Notes: generated by a model not told the origin, from the letters alone. A DNA stretch of 64,000 nucleotides from Alphaproteobacteria bacterium (GCA_035509415.1 DATJLQ010000001.1:101-64100), one strand, 5' to 3'. Counted from the stretch's first letter, positions 1-10,470 are shown. A program made the numbers and translations.

Positions 1-174
1 AACGTCCGCCAGGGTGTCGACCTGCACCTGGGCGTCAACAACGTCTTCGACCGCCTGCCGCCGACGCTCACCACCAACGCTCTGCCGGTCGGTCCGGGCA
101 ACGACAACACCTTCCCGGGCACCTACGACTCGCTCGGCCGCACCTTCTTCATCGGTGCGTCGATCAAATACTGA
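1..174 (+). CDS. TonB-dependent receptor, C-terminal fragment (gene continues upstream of window)
   Basis: Frame 1 from nt 1 reads ...NVFDRLPPTLTTNALPVGPGNDNTFPGTYDSLGRTFFIGASIKY then stop at 172-174. Typical TBDR C-terminal beta-barrel signature ending in an aromatic residue. Confidence 0.75.
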   Translation, partial: NVRQGVDLHLGVNNVFDRLPPTLTTNALPVGPGNDNTFPGTYDSLGRTFFIGASIKY

Positions 175-267
175 GTTTTGTGCTTGTCAAAACGCGAACG
201 GCGGCCCGGTGGGCCGCCGTTTTGCTTTTCACCTCCCCCTGCGGGGAGGGTCGGATCAATGTCGGAG

Positions 268-807
268 CTATTCTTCTCCGTCGTGGCTCATCTCGAGCAG
301 GAACCAGCTTCTGTGCTCGGTCTGATCGGCGAGCGTGTCGAGGAGATCGATCGTGTGGGCGTCCTTGTAGCGCTCGCAGAGGCTGCGGGTGTGAGCCAGC
401 GCTTCGGCCATCGCCTTGTTGTCGTCGATCAGCTCGCAGAGCATGTCCGTGGGCTGCACGAATGTCCGCTCATGATCGCGCACGCGGCGAAGCTGGCCCA
501 CTTCCGTCAAGGCGGGTTTGCGTCCGCCGATGGCACGCACGCGATCCGCAAGGCGATCCGTCGCCGCGAAAAGCTGCTCTGCGTGTTCGTCGAATTCGAG
601 GCGATAGGAAATCTGATAGGAGCGGAAACGGGGGCCGCCCACCTGCCAGTGAAAATTCTTGGTTTTGAGATAGAGCGCAAAGCTGTCCGCCAGGATGGCA
701 TTGAGCGCGCGGGAGATCGCGACGACACCGGCCGAATCGAACTCGGCAACCGGGGAAGCGTCTACACCTTTGCTTTTGATTGTACGGGAAATCTCTACTT
801 GCGCCAT
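268..807 (-). CDS. dps: Dps (DNA-binding ferritin-like protein from starved cells)
   Basis: 179 aa with Dps/ferritin-like motifs (LYLKTKNFHWQVGGPRFRSYH, ferroxidase-site His/Asp/Glu). GGGAG Shine-Dalgarno upstream of ATG. Confidence 0.9.
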   Translation of the reverse strand: MAQVEISRTIKSKGVDASPVAEFDSAGVVAISRALNAILADSFALYLKTKNFHWQVGGPRFRSYQISYRLEFDEHAEQLFAATDRLADRVRAIGGRKPALTEVGQLRRVRDHERTFVQPTDMLCELIDDNKAMAEALAHTRSLCERYKDAHTIDLLDTLADQTEHRSWFLLEMSHDGEE

Positions 808-976
808 GCCGTTTCACTCCCATGGGTAGTAGTTGGACTTTGATTTTGGTGCAGATATGGAGCCGCGCCGTACACACCCCATTTCCACCACACACCCAAA
901 CGCGCGGTCTATCTAAAGGGTTGCGACAACGAAGCCAAGTATTCCCGGCCCGCGCTTTAATTCTTCCTTGACGAAA

Positions 977-1017
977 CCCTAAAAGCCGGAAAGGGCCGGC
1001 AACCGTGCCGACCCTTT
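977..1017 (-). terminator. Putative rho-independent terminator downstream of the 1044..1382 gene
   Basis: Stem AAGGGCCGGC / GCCGACCCTT around a 6-nt loop, followed on the minus strand by a T-rich run (TTCCGGCTTTTAGGG). Confidence 0.4.
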
Positions 1018-1043
1018 GAATTCATTGCGGAATTGAGCCTCGG

Positions 1044-1382
1044 CTAAAGGTCGGATGCTGCGATGCGGCGCAATTCCTTATCGGCATCGCGTTGAAACAT
1101 CAGTCCGGTGAGGATTCCGAGGCCTGCTGCGCCGGTAAGAAAGAAGGCGAGGTTGAGAAAATTAAGCGCGCCCGCGATCGCGAAATCGGCGATGCCGCCG
1201 ATCATCATGAGCCAGAACAGGGCGGCGAGGACGAGGGCGACGCGGCGGATCTGTGCAAAGTCGGTGCTGCGTTCGCGCCGGGATTCGAGCGCCGTCAGCG
1301 ATGTAACGGTGAAGACGACGAGGGCAGTGAACACGACCGCATCGATCGCGCGCGACGACAGAAGAGTCTGCAGCGTAGTCAT
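1044..1382 (-). CDS. Small integral membrane protein (about 3 TM helices), uncharacterised
   Basis: Internal Met (MTTLQTLLSS...) of the 213-aa ORF. ATGA start/stop overlap with the upstream gene. Strongly hydrophobic segments. Confidence 0.6.
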   Translation of the reverse strand: MTTLQTLLSSRAIDAVVFTALVVFTVTSLTALESRRERSTDFAQIRRVALVLAALFWLMMIGGIADFAIAGALNFLNLAFFLTGAAGLGILTGLMFQRDADKELRRIAASDL

Positions 1383-1711
1383 TTGCTCTCTCCATCCTTG
1401 TTCGGTTGAACCGCTTTCACATCCTTGGCGCCGGCCGCGAGGAGCTTGCGCGCATCGACGAGATCGAGCGAGCCTTCCTCGACCATCTGGCGCACGATGC
1501 GTCTGAGCTCGCTCATCGGCTTCTCCTTCGTGGCGCGCCGCACCTTCTCGATCAGCGCGTCCAGGCGCAGACGAATGGTCGGATAGGACACACCATATTC
1601 TTCGGCCATCTCCTTGAGCGAACCGGACGCAAGCACGAAGCGGCGCACGAAGGCGAGATCCTCCGGCTCCAACGCATCGGTCCAACGCTGCGGCTCTTCG
1701 AATCGGGCCAT
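1379..1711 (-). CDS. Small HTH-containing protein (DUF2089-like / sigma-70 region-4-like), uncharacterised
   Basis: 110 aa, with an HTH-like segment EMAEEYGVSYPTIRLRLDALIEK. Translationally coupled to the membrane protein gene. Confidence 0.5.
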   Translation of the reverse strand: MARFEEPQRWTDALEPEDLAFVRRFVLASGSLKEMAEEYGVSYPTIRLRLDALIEKVRRATKEKPMSELRRIVRQMVEEGSLDLVDARKLLAAGAKDVKAVQPNKDGESK

Positions 1712-1784
1712 TTAATAAAGTTCAATTCACTTGAAGAAAATTAAAACGGAGCGGTCGCGCTGTCAAGCGTGACGCGCATTCCTC

Positions 1785-1905
1785 CCTCGAACGAAGTTCG
1801 GGGGAGGGGGACCGCGAAGCGGTGGAGGGGGCGAAGTCTGCCTAGATGCCCCCTCCGTCGCGCACTTCGTGCGCGCCACCTCCCCCAAACTTCGTTCGGG
1901 GGAGG
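1785..1905. repeat. REP/RIME-like mosaic of GC-rich palindromic units
   Basis: Two near-identical 27-nt self-complementary units (CCTCCCTCGAACGAAGTTCGGGGGAGG and CCTCCCCCAAACTTCGTTCGGGGGAGG) flank inner palindromes GGAGGGGGC-N15-GCCCCCTCC and GCGCAC-TTC-GTGCGC. Non-coding. Confidence 0.55.
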
Positions 1906-1915
1906 ATTATGTCGC

Positions 1916-1952
1916 GAAACAAAAAGGGCCGGAGTTTCCTCCGGCCCTTTCC
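1916..1952 (-). terminator. Rho-independent (bidirectional-type) terminator downstream of groEL
   Basis: GGGCCGGAG-tttc-CTCCGGCCC stem-loop flanked by an A-run on plus (= T-run on minus after the hairpin) and TTTCC on plus. Confidence 0.6.
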
Positions 1953-2040
1953 GTGTGATTGAGGCTGCATGGATCAGCCCTCCTACGCGCTGCGCCCTTC
2001 GGAGGGTTGATTGTTCGCGGAGCTCGCGCTCCGCGCCCAA

Positions 2041-3684
<1,644 letters not shown>

Positions 3685-3720
3685 TTACTCCTTGAATGGG
3701 ATCGTTGCGACGCGCGCGGG

Positions 3721-4035
3721 TCAGGCGGCTTTCTTGCCGGCCTTGGCTCCCTCGATCACGCCCATGATGTCGGACTCCTTCATGATCAGGAGCTCCTCGC
3801 CGTCCATCTTGACCTCGGTGCCGGACCATTTGCCGAACAGCACCCGGTCGCCCGGCTTCACGTCGAGGGGATGGATCTTGCCGTTCTCGTCGCGCGTCCC
3901 GGCACCCACCGCGATGACCTCGCCCTCCTGGGGCTTCTCCTTGGCGGTGTCGGGGATGATGATGCCGCCCGCGGTCTTGTGCTCGGCGTCGATGCGACGC
4001 AAGAGGACGCGGTCGTGCAAGGGCCGGAATTTCAT
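3721..4035 (-). CDS. groS: Co-chaperonin GroES (10 kDa)
   Basis: 104 aa [14 protein letters not shown]... with the mobile-loop motif. Immediately upstream of groL. Confidence 0.98.
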   Translation of the reverse strand: MKFRPLHDRVLLRRIDAEHKTAGGIIIPDTAKEKPQEGEVIAVGAGTRDENGKIHPLDVKPGDRVLFGKWSGTEVKMDGEELLIMKESDIMGVIEGAKAGKKAA

Positions 4036-4084
4036 GGTCGGACTCCTCCGTGGAATTGGCGCAATGGTGAATTTCGGCGTGTTG

Positions 4085-4111
4085 TTAGCACTCTTGTCGT
4101 TGGAGTGCCAG
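4085..4111 (-). promoter_or_regulatory. CIRCE (HrcA operator) inverted repeat upstream of groES
   Basis: On the coding (minus) strand: CTGGCACTC-N9-GAGTGCTAA versus consensus TTAGCACTC-N9-GAGTGCTAA (2 mismatches). Lies 50-76 nt upstream of the groES start. Confidence 0.8.
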
Positions 4112-4284
4112 GGATTTAGGGAGACCGAAATATCGCTTCAAGGGTAGTAGCGAAAAATCGGCCCTCGCTGGCAGCCCTCTCGGCCGTGGGCTGCTAGAGG
4201 ATTGATAAAGGCCGCAGATTTTATTTTGCAGTTGCGAGATCGAGGCGCAGAATAGTTGCGTCGAGGGGAGCTTGGGAGGCTCGC

Positions 4285-4548
4285 ATGATCCGGATGCGAC
4301 GGGCTTTGGGCGACTGGCGGCTCACGACCGCCGAAATCCTCTACCACCTGCCGGATTTCCCGGCCCTGCTCCAAACCTACATCTGGCAAGCGCCCGACAT
4401 GTCGCCCGACTTCCCGGCCTTGAAGCGCTTCCTCGATTTCTGGGAACGCAATCTCGAGGGCCGGCTCCATTCGGTGCGTATCGCGAGCGCGCGGCTCGTC
4501 GGCCCGCGCGAGCTGCGGTATGCGGGCGTCGAGCTCCGGCTCCACTGA
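4285..4548 (+). CDS. usg: Usg family protein
   Basis: 87 aa with the Usg-like signature LTTAEILYHLPDFPALLQTYIWQ...PDFPALKRFLDFWE...LHSV. Confidence 0.7.
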   Translation: MIRMRRALGDWRLTTAEILYHLPDFPALLQTYIWQAPDMSPDFPALKRFLDFWERNLEGRLHSVRIASARLVGPRELRYAGVELRLH

Positions 4549-4633
4549 AACGGCGCGATCGAAGCGCCGAGCCCCTTGCGGCCCGGCGCTTGGAGCGGCA
4601 CTCTCCCCGCCCCATGATTTTTCCGAACGCGCG

Positions 4634-5752
4634 ATGCCTTCGCTGATCACAGACTCGCCCGCAGCGCCGACGGCGCACGCTCCCGCGACCCTGCGACCGG
4701 ACGCGCGCGCCGGCGATCGGGCGCTCGCCCTGTGGCTCCTCGCCTGCTGCGGCATGATTTTCGTCATGGTGATTCTCGGCGGCGTCACGCGCCTCACGCT
4801 TTCGGGCCTCTCGATCACCCAATGGCAGCCCTTGATGGGCGTGATCCCGCCCCTCGATCACGCGGATTGGATGCGCGAGTTCGCGCATTACAAGGCGACC
4901 ACCCAGTATCAGGTCGTGAACGAGGGCATGAGCCTCGCCGACTTCAAATCGATCTTCTGGTGGGAATACACCCATCGTCTTTGGGGCCGGCTCATCGGCA
5001 TCGCCTTCCTGGTGCCGTTCCTCTATTTCCTCGCGCGCCGGCGCATCGCGCGCCCGCTCGTGCCGCGCCTCGCGATTCTGTTCGCGCTCGGCGCCCTCCA
5101 GGGTGCGGTCGGCTGGTACATGGTGATGAGCGGGCTCGAGGGCCGCACCTCGGTGAGCCAATACCGCCTCGCGGCCCATCTCGGCTTGGCGCTTTTGATC
5201 TACGCCTACATGCTGTGGCTGGCGCTCGACCTGCTTTGGCCGCGCGCGGATTCCTTGCCGCACGACGCCGCGCGCGGCGTCGCGCGATGGGGACGCGCGC
5301 TGGCCGCGTGGATTTACCTCGTGGCCCTCTCGGGCTCGTTCGTCGCGGGGCTCCATGCCGGGCTCATCTACAACACCTTCCCGCTCATGAACGGGCATTT
5401 GATCCCGCCCGGTCTTTATCCGCTCTCGCCCTGGTTCCGAAGCGCCTTCGACGACGTGATGACGGTGCAGTTCGACCACCGCATGCTCGCGATCGCGACC
5501 GTGCTGCTCGTGGTCGCGTTCCGTCTGGCGCTCGCGCGTCTCGAGCTATCGCCGCGCGCCCGGCTCGCGGCCAATCTCATGTGCGGATGGGTGTTCGTGC
5601 AGGTGGCCCTCGGCGTCTCGACTTTGCTGCTCGTGGTGCCGGTGGCGCTCGCCGCCTGCCATCAGGCGGGAGCGCTGGTCCTGTTCAGCCTCGCCATCCT
5701 CGCCGCGCATGAGCTCCCCTCCGCGCGGCGGCGCGGCGGCGCCGAAACCTAA
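4634..5752 (+). CDS. ctaA: Heme A synthase (COX15/CtaA type 2)
   Basis: Internal ATG (MPSLITD...) of the 410-aa ORF. Eight TM segments with conserved His pairs typical of COX15/CtaA. Confidence 0.85.
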   Translation: MPSLITDSPAAPTAHAPATLRPDARAGDRALALWLLACCGMIFVMVILGGVTRLTLSGLSITQWQPLMGVIPPLDHADWMREFAHYKATTQYQVVNEGMSLADFKSIFWWEYTHRLWGRLIGIAFLVPFLYFLARRRIARPLVPRLAILFALGALQGAVGWYMVMSGLEGRTSVSQYRLAAHLGLALLIYAYMLWLALDLLWPRADSLPHDAARGVARWGRALAAWIYLVALSGSFVAGLHAGLIYNTFPLMNGHLIPPGLYPLSPWFRSAFDDVMTVQFDHRMLAIATVLLVVAFRLALARLELSPRARLAANLMCGWVFVQVALGVSTLLLVVPVALAACHQAGALVLFSLAILAAHELPSARRRGGAET

Positions 5753-6294
5753 GCCGCGCAGGCCGGGCACAGGCCGATCGCCTCGACCACCACGTTGCGG
5801 ACCTGGAAGCCGAGCGCCTTCGCATCCGCGCCGATGGCACCCTGGATGCGCCGGTCGTGGAGCTCCGACGCCGCACCGCAACGCGCGCAGATGAGGAACT
5901 GGGTCGCATGGCCGTGCTCGGGGTCGGCGCAACCCAGATAGGCGTTGAGGGACTCGATGCGATGCACGAGCCCCTGCTCGGTCAGGAATTCGAGCGCGCG
6001 ATAGACCGTGGGCGGCGCCGCCGCGCGCCGCTCGCGCCGGAGCGCCGCCAGGATCGCGTAGGCGCCCACGGGATCGTGGCTGCGCCAGACGAGCTCGAGC
6101 ACGCGCCGGCGCAACGGCGTGAGCCGCGCGCCGCGTAGCGCGCACAGGCGCTCGGCCGTGCTCAATGCCGCCGCCTGGCAGCCCGAGTGATTGTGCCGCG
6201 TCTTGCCGAACGGGTCGGCCGTGAGCGCGCCGCGCGGCGTAGCGCCGTCGGCGGATGCCGCTCCTTTGCGCGCGACTCGGGAACTGGGCTTCAT
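5749..6294 (-). CDS. zur: Fur-family transcriptional regulator, Zur-like (zinc uptake regulator)
   Basis: 181 aa with a winged-helix N-terminus and C-terminal CxxC pairs (CARC, CPAC). A canonical Zur box is present elsewhere in the window (12901-12917). 3' end overlaps ctaA convergently by 4 nt. Confidence 0.65.
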   Translation of the reverse strand: MKPSSRVARKGAASADGATPRGALTADPFGKTRHNHSGCQAAALSTAERLCALRGARLTPLRRRVLELVWRSHDPVGAYAILAALRRERRAAAPPTVYRALEFLTEQGLVHRIESLNAYLGCADPEHGHATQFLICARCGAASELHDRRIQGAIGADAKALGFQVRNVVVEAIGLCPACAA

Positions 6295-6571
6295 CGTCCG
6301 AGATTACACGAAGCGCCGCGCGCCCGGAAGCCGCGCGGCGCGCGGGCGGCATTTGACGGCGCCGAGGGGCCGTGCTAGGTCGCACGCCGCCTGGCTCGCT
6401 TCCTCGAACATGCGCGCTGCGGAGCGAATTGGGCCGGGAGGGCATTCGAGTTCGGGTGCGGCGGATTTGCCGAAAAATTGATCGGCGCTCGACGCGCCCG
6501 TAACCACAGATTTGCCACTATTCCTGCTAATCTTCCCCCCTCTAAGTTGTCGTCCCAAAATGGAGAGTAGA

Positions 6572-6913
6572 ATGACGAAGTCGACGATCCGGCTCGCGAC
6601 CCTGGCCGCGGCCCTCATGCTCGGCGCCGCGACCGTGCTGCCGGGTGCGACCCCGGCTTTTGCCCAGACCACCCCGCCCGCCGCGACCGCGCCGGCGAAG
6701 CCCATGCACATGCACAAGCCCATGCACATGGCGCACGGCAGCGCCATGGTCAAGAAGGCGCAGGAGGCTCTCAACAAGGGCGGCGCCAAGCTCGCCGTCG
6801 ACGGCAAGTACGGGCCCAAGACCAAGGCCGCCATCATGGCGTTCCAGAAGGAGCACGGCCTCAAGGCCAACGGCCATCTGGACAAGGCGACCAAGAAGGC
6901 GCTCGGCGTCTAA
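6572..6913 (+). CDS. Exported small protein: signal peptide + Met/His-rich motif + peptidoglycan-binding (PG_binding_1-like) domain
   Basis: GGAGAG Shine-Dalgarno 4 nt before ATG 6572 (alternative ATG at 6560). Signal peptide MTKSTIRLATLAAALMLGAATVLPGATPAFA. Motif PMHMHKPMHMAHGSAM. C-terminus LAVDGKYGPKTKAAIMAFQKEHGLKANGHLDKATKKALG. Confidence 0.7.
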   Translation: MTKSTIRLATLAAALMLGAATVLPGATPAFAQTTPPAATAPAKPMHMHKPMHMAHGSAMVKKAQEALNKGGAKLAVDGKYGPKTKAAIMAFQKEHGLKANGHLDKATKKALGV

Positions 6914-6933
6914 GCGGCGCATTCCCATCGCAA

Positions 6934-6973
6934 CCGGGCCGTTGCGGGCGACCGCGGCGGCCCGTTTCTTTTT
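6934..6973 (+). terminator. Rho-independent terminator after the 6572..6913 gene
   Basis: CGGGCCG...CGGCCCG stem followed by TTTCTTTTT. Confidence 0.55.
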
Positions 6974-7059
6974 CCGCCTGCGCCCAAGTCTCTCGCGCCA
7001 CCTTTTTTCGCCACGTCCCGGCTAGGCGCATCATATCCCAAGGGCTAGATTGGGCGCCG

Positions 7060-7707
7060 ATGGACGGGGCCCGCGAGACGCGCGACGAGACGGTTGGCCG
7101 CCGCGCGCGCTTTCGCGCCGCGGGGCTCGGCGCGCTCGCCTGCGCCGCGGCGTTGCTCGCGAGCCTGCCGGCCGCGCGCGCCCATCCCCATGTCTGGATC
7201 GACAATTCGGTCGTGGTGCGGTTCGAGCACGCGAAGATCGCGGCCCTCGACGTGAGCTGGGTGTTCGACGAGTTCTACAGCGCCGACACGATCCAGGATT
7301 TCGACGAAGGCCACAAAGGGACCTTGGACCAAGCCGAGCTCGGCAAGCTCGCCGCGACCGGGGTCAAGTCGCTCAAGGGCTACAACTACTTCTCCTATCT
7401 CTATCTCGACGGCAAGAAGACGCCGGTCGCCTCGGTTACCCATTTCGCCGTCGGCCTCGAGAAGAATATCCTGGTCTACCGCTTCACCATCCCGGTGAGC
7501 CCGCCCATCGACCCCAAGGCGCGCAAATTCGCCTTCGCCATCTACGACGACAGCTATTTCGTCGACATCGAGCCGGCGAAGACGAATCCGGTGACCTTCG
7601 CGGGCGACGTGCCCAAGGGCTGCGCTGCCCGGGCGGCCGAGGACAAGAACGATCCCTATTATTTCGGCCAGGTCTATCCGCTCGTGGTCTCGGTGACCTG
7701 CCCATGA
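7060..7707 (+). CDS. DUF1007-family periplasmic protein (partner of NicO-type transporter)
   Basis: 215 aa with signal peptide and HPHVWID motif. ATGA overlap with the downstream NicO gene. Confidence 0.75.
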   Translation: MDGARETRDETVGRRARFRAAGLGALACAAALLASLPAARAHPHVWIDNSVVVRFEHAKIAALDVSWVFDEFYSADTIQDFDEGHKGTLDQAELGKLAATGVKSLKGYNYFSYLYLDGKKTPVASVTHFAVGLEKNILVYRFTIPVSPPIDPKARKFAFAIYDDSYFVDIEPAKTNPVTFAGDVPKGCAARAAEDKNDPYYFGQVYPLVVSVTCP

Positions 7708-8642
7708 GCCGCGTCGCGTCCCTCGTCACCGCGTTGCTCGCGGGGCTCCTCGCACTCGCCATCTGGGCGACCCTCGAGCGCACGCCGTGGCTCGAGGTCG
7801 GCTGGATGCACGAGCTGATGCGCGCCGTGTTCCTCGCCCAGCGCGAGCTCTACCGCGACATGGCGCAGGCGGTCGGCGATTACCGCGATCGTGCCGCGCG
7901 CGCGCCGCTTCTGTGGCTCATGGGTCTCTCGTTCGTTTACGGCGTGTTCCACGCGGTCGGCCCCGGCCACGGCAAGCTCGTGATCTCGTCCTACCTGGTC
8001 GCGCGCGGGAGCCGGATGCGGCGCGGGCTTTGGATCACCCTCGCCTCGGCGCTCGCCCAGGCCGCGAGTGCGGTGGCGCTGGTGGGCACCCTCGCGATCG
8101 GCCTCCACGTCACCGGGCGGCGCATCGAGGCCCAGACCCAGACTCTCGAGATCGCGAGCTACGCGCTCATCGTCCTGGTCGGATTCTGGATGCTCTACGG
8201 CGCGTTGCGCCGCGCGCAGCCCCATGCCCACGGACCCGCGCACAGCTTCGACCCGCTCGGCGTCGGCGACGAGACGCATTACCCGCCCGGCGCGGGCTTC
8301 CTCGCCTTCGCGCGGCGCCATCATGTCGCGGCCGTGGTGCTCGCGGTCGGCATCCGGCCCTGCAGCGGCGCGATCCTGGTGCTGCTCTTCACCCTCGGCC
8401 AGGGGATTTTCGCCGTCGGCATCGCGGCCGCCGTGGTGATGGCGCTCGGCACCGCGCTCACGGTCGCGAGCTTGGCGCTCTTCACCGTCGTCTCGCGTGC
8501 GGCCGCGGTGCGCCTCGCGCGCCGGAAGTCGCGTTGGGAGGGACTGCTCGAGCGCGCGCTCGAGCTCCTGGGCTCGCTCGCCGTGCTCGCGGGCGGCTCG
8601 CTCTTCCTGCTCGTGGCATTGCAACAGCCGGTCCCGCTCTGA
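7704..8642 (+). CDS. NicO/RcnA-family metal (Ni/Co/Zn-type) transporter membrane protein
   Basis: 312 aa, multi-TM, with the RcnA/NicO signature FHAVGPGHGK and a His-rich loop HAHGPAHSFD. Lies in frame within the fused 7050..8642 ORF. Confidence 0.8.
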   Translation: MSRVASLVTALLAGLLALAIWATLERTPWLEVGWMHELMRAVFLAQRELYRDMAQAVGDYRDRAARAPLLWLMGLSFVYGVFHAVGPGHGKLVISSYLVARGSRMRRGLWITLASALAQAASAVALVGTLAIGLHVTGRRIEAQTQTLEIASYALIVLVGFWMLYGALRRAQPHAHGPAHSFDPLGVGDETHYPPGAGFLAFARRHHVAAVVLAVGIRPCSGAILVLLFTLGQGIFAVGIAAAVVMALGTALTVASLALFTVVSRAAAVRLARRKSRWEGLLERALELLGSLAVLAGGSLFLLVALQQPVPL

Positions 8643-8667
8643 GGCGTCCCCGAATGCCGGGGTCGCC

Positions 8668-9375
8668 TTATCGCACCGAGATCGGGATGCGCAGATCGAG
8701 GGTGCTTGCGACCGGCCTGCCGCTCCGAATCGCGGGAAAGAAGCGCCAGCGCCGAAGCGCATCCAGCAATAAGCGATTGACGCGCGGCTCGGCCGTCGGC
8801 TCGATCAGCTCGACGGTCGCGCTGCCGTCGGGCTCGATGTGGAAGCGCGCGACCGCGATCCATTCGACGTTGCGGCGGCGGAGGTCGTCGGGCAGCTCGG
8901 GCATCGGCTTGAAGATCGCGCGCGGCGCGACACTGTCGCCGAACGATGGGTGCGCAGGGACCGGCGTCGAAGGCGCGCGGGGTGCCGGCTCCGTATTCGC
9001 GGGCGAAGCCGGAGCCGGAGATGGGCGAGGCGGCGTGGGTCTGGGCGGCGGCGGCGCCGGTTTGGGCACGGGCATGGGTGCCAGCAGGGGGGCTCGCTCC
9101 GGCTGGGGCGCCTCCTGTGGCGGCGGCGGTTCCAGCACGGGCGGTGGCGGCGTCGCCGCTCGAGGTGCGGGGGTCGGCGTCGGCGCCTCGACCGGGTGCA
9201 GTTCGACCAATTGCACCACGAGCGGCGCCGGGCGGGGTGTCGGAGGAGCCAGGACCAGGACGCTCAGAAATGCGCCGACCGCGGCCGACGTCGCGAGCAA
9301 GGCCGCCGGCAGGAGCCAATAGAGCCGCGGCCATGGATCGTCCCGAAACGTGGACCGCAGCGGGGCCTGGCGCAC
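8668..9375 (-). CDS. tonB: Energy transducer TonB
   Basis: N-terminal TM anchor, long Pro-rich spacer (PTPRPAPL...PPPPRPTPPRPSPAP) and C-terminal TonB domain. Confidence 0.85.
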   Translation of the reverse strand: MRQAPLRSTFRDDPWPRLYWLLPAALLATSAAVGAFLSVLVLAPPTPRPAPLVVQLVELHPVEAPTPTPAPRAATPPPPVLEPPPPQEAPQPERAPLLAPMPVPKPAPPPPRPTPPRPSPAPASPANTEPAPRAPSTPVPAHPSFGDSVAPRAIFKPMPELPDDLRRRNVEWIAVARFHIEPDGSATVELIEPTAEPRVNRLLLDALRRWRFFPAIRSGRPVASTLDLRIPISVR

Positions 9376-9387
9376 GGCGCCGCAAGC

Positions 9388-9789
9388 CTATTCCGGCTTG
9401 ATCGCGAACAGGAAATGCTCGACGCCCGCCGCGCGCGCCTTGAGCATCGCCTCGACCACGATGCCGTTCGGCGCGGCGCTGTCGGCATTGACCACGAGGC
9501 TCGTGGCACCGCCGGGTGCGAGGCGCATAAGCGTCGGTCCGATCGTCTCGAGCGTCACCGGCGTGCGGTCGAGTGCCAAATCGCCCGCGCGCGTGACCGT
9601 GAGCGTCACCGACGCTTTGGGCGGCGCCGCCAGCGCCTGTCCGCGCGGGAGGTCGACCGGAAGGGAGTGGAGGTTCTCGAGCGAGAGCGAGGCGAGCATG
9701 AAGGTCGCGAGCAAAAAGAACATCACATCGATCATCGGGATGATCTCGATGCGTCCCTTGCGCCGGGCGCGCGCCCTACGCAGCTTCAT
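9388..9789 (-). CDS. exbD: ExbD/TolR biopolymer transport protein
   Basis: 133 aa, IPMIDVMFFLL TM segment plus periplasmic domain. Confidence 0.9.
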   Translation of the reverse strand: MKLRRARARRKGRIEIIPMIDVMFFLLATFMLASLSLENLHSLPVDLPRGQALAAPPKASVTLTVTRAGDLALDRTPVTLETIGPTLMRLAPGGATSLVVNADSAAPNGIVVEAMLKARAAGVEHFLFAIKPE

Positions 9790-10414
9790 CGCCCGCTCCT
9801 TCCCGGTCCAGGCGCACGCGATCGATCATGCGGGTGCCCAAGCGCTCCATCTCGTCCATGATCCGGGCCTGGCGTTGGGAGAAGTAATTGAAGGCGAACA
9901 GCGCAATAAGCGCCACGAACAGGCCGAGCGCGGTCGCGATCAACGCCTCGGCGACGCCCCCGGTGACGCCCGCGGGATCGACCAGGCCCTGGCTGCCGAA
10001 CAGGCGGAATGCGCGGATCATGCCCGTGATGGTGCCGAGGAGCCCGAGCAAGGGTGCGGCGGTGACGATGGTCTCGAGCATCCAGAGCCAGCGCCCGAGC
10101 GATTTCTCGATCAGGCTCGCCTCGTCGCCCGCGCGCGATTCGAGCCACCAGGGCGGCTGGGCGCGGCCTGCGGCGAGCGTCGACAGGAAGGCGCCGAAAT
10201 AGTTGCGCGATCCGAGCGAGGCGAGCCCGCTCTCGAGCTCGGCCCACGAATACCGGTACGTCTCGATCAGCCCGCGCAGGGGTTCGGGCAGCCGCGTGCG
10301 CGCCCAGAAGACGAATCCCTTCTCAAGCACGATGATCGCGGCCAGGAGGGCGAGCGCCAGCAAGGGGTAGACCATCGCACCCCCGGCTTGAAGCGTCGCG
10401 AGAACGTTCTGCAT
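9776..10414 (-). CDS. exbB: ExbB (MotA/TolQ/ExbB proton channel)
   Basis: 212 aa with 3 TM segments and the conserved C-terminal MotA/TolQ region. Overlaps exbD by 14 nt. Confidence 0.9.
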   Translation of the reverse strand: MQNVLATLQAGGAMVYPLLALALLAAIIVLEKGFVFWARTRLPEPLRGLIETYRYSWAELESGLASLGSRNYFGAFLSTLAAGRAQPPWWLESRAGDEASLIEKSLGRWLWMLETIVTAAPLLGLLGTITGMIRAFRLFGSQGLVDPAGVTGGVAEALIATALGLFVALIALFAFNYFSQRQARIMDEMERLGTRMIDRVRLDREGAGDEAA

Positions 10415-10470
10415 GCAAGCTCCGTTAGTCGCCGATCCCGATCCCGACCCCGATTCGTGTCGCCGCTCGG

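Noticed and set aside
7050-7703. N-terminal part of the 530-aa ORF 7050..8642
   Set aside because: It overlaps the DUF1007 gene in another frame. The NicO-family protein starts at the ATG at 7704 with ATGA coupling.
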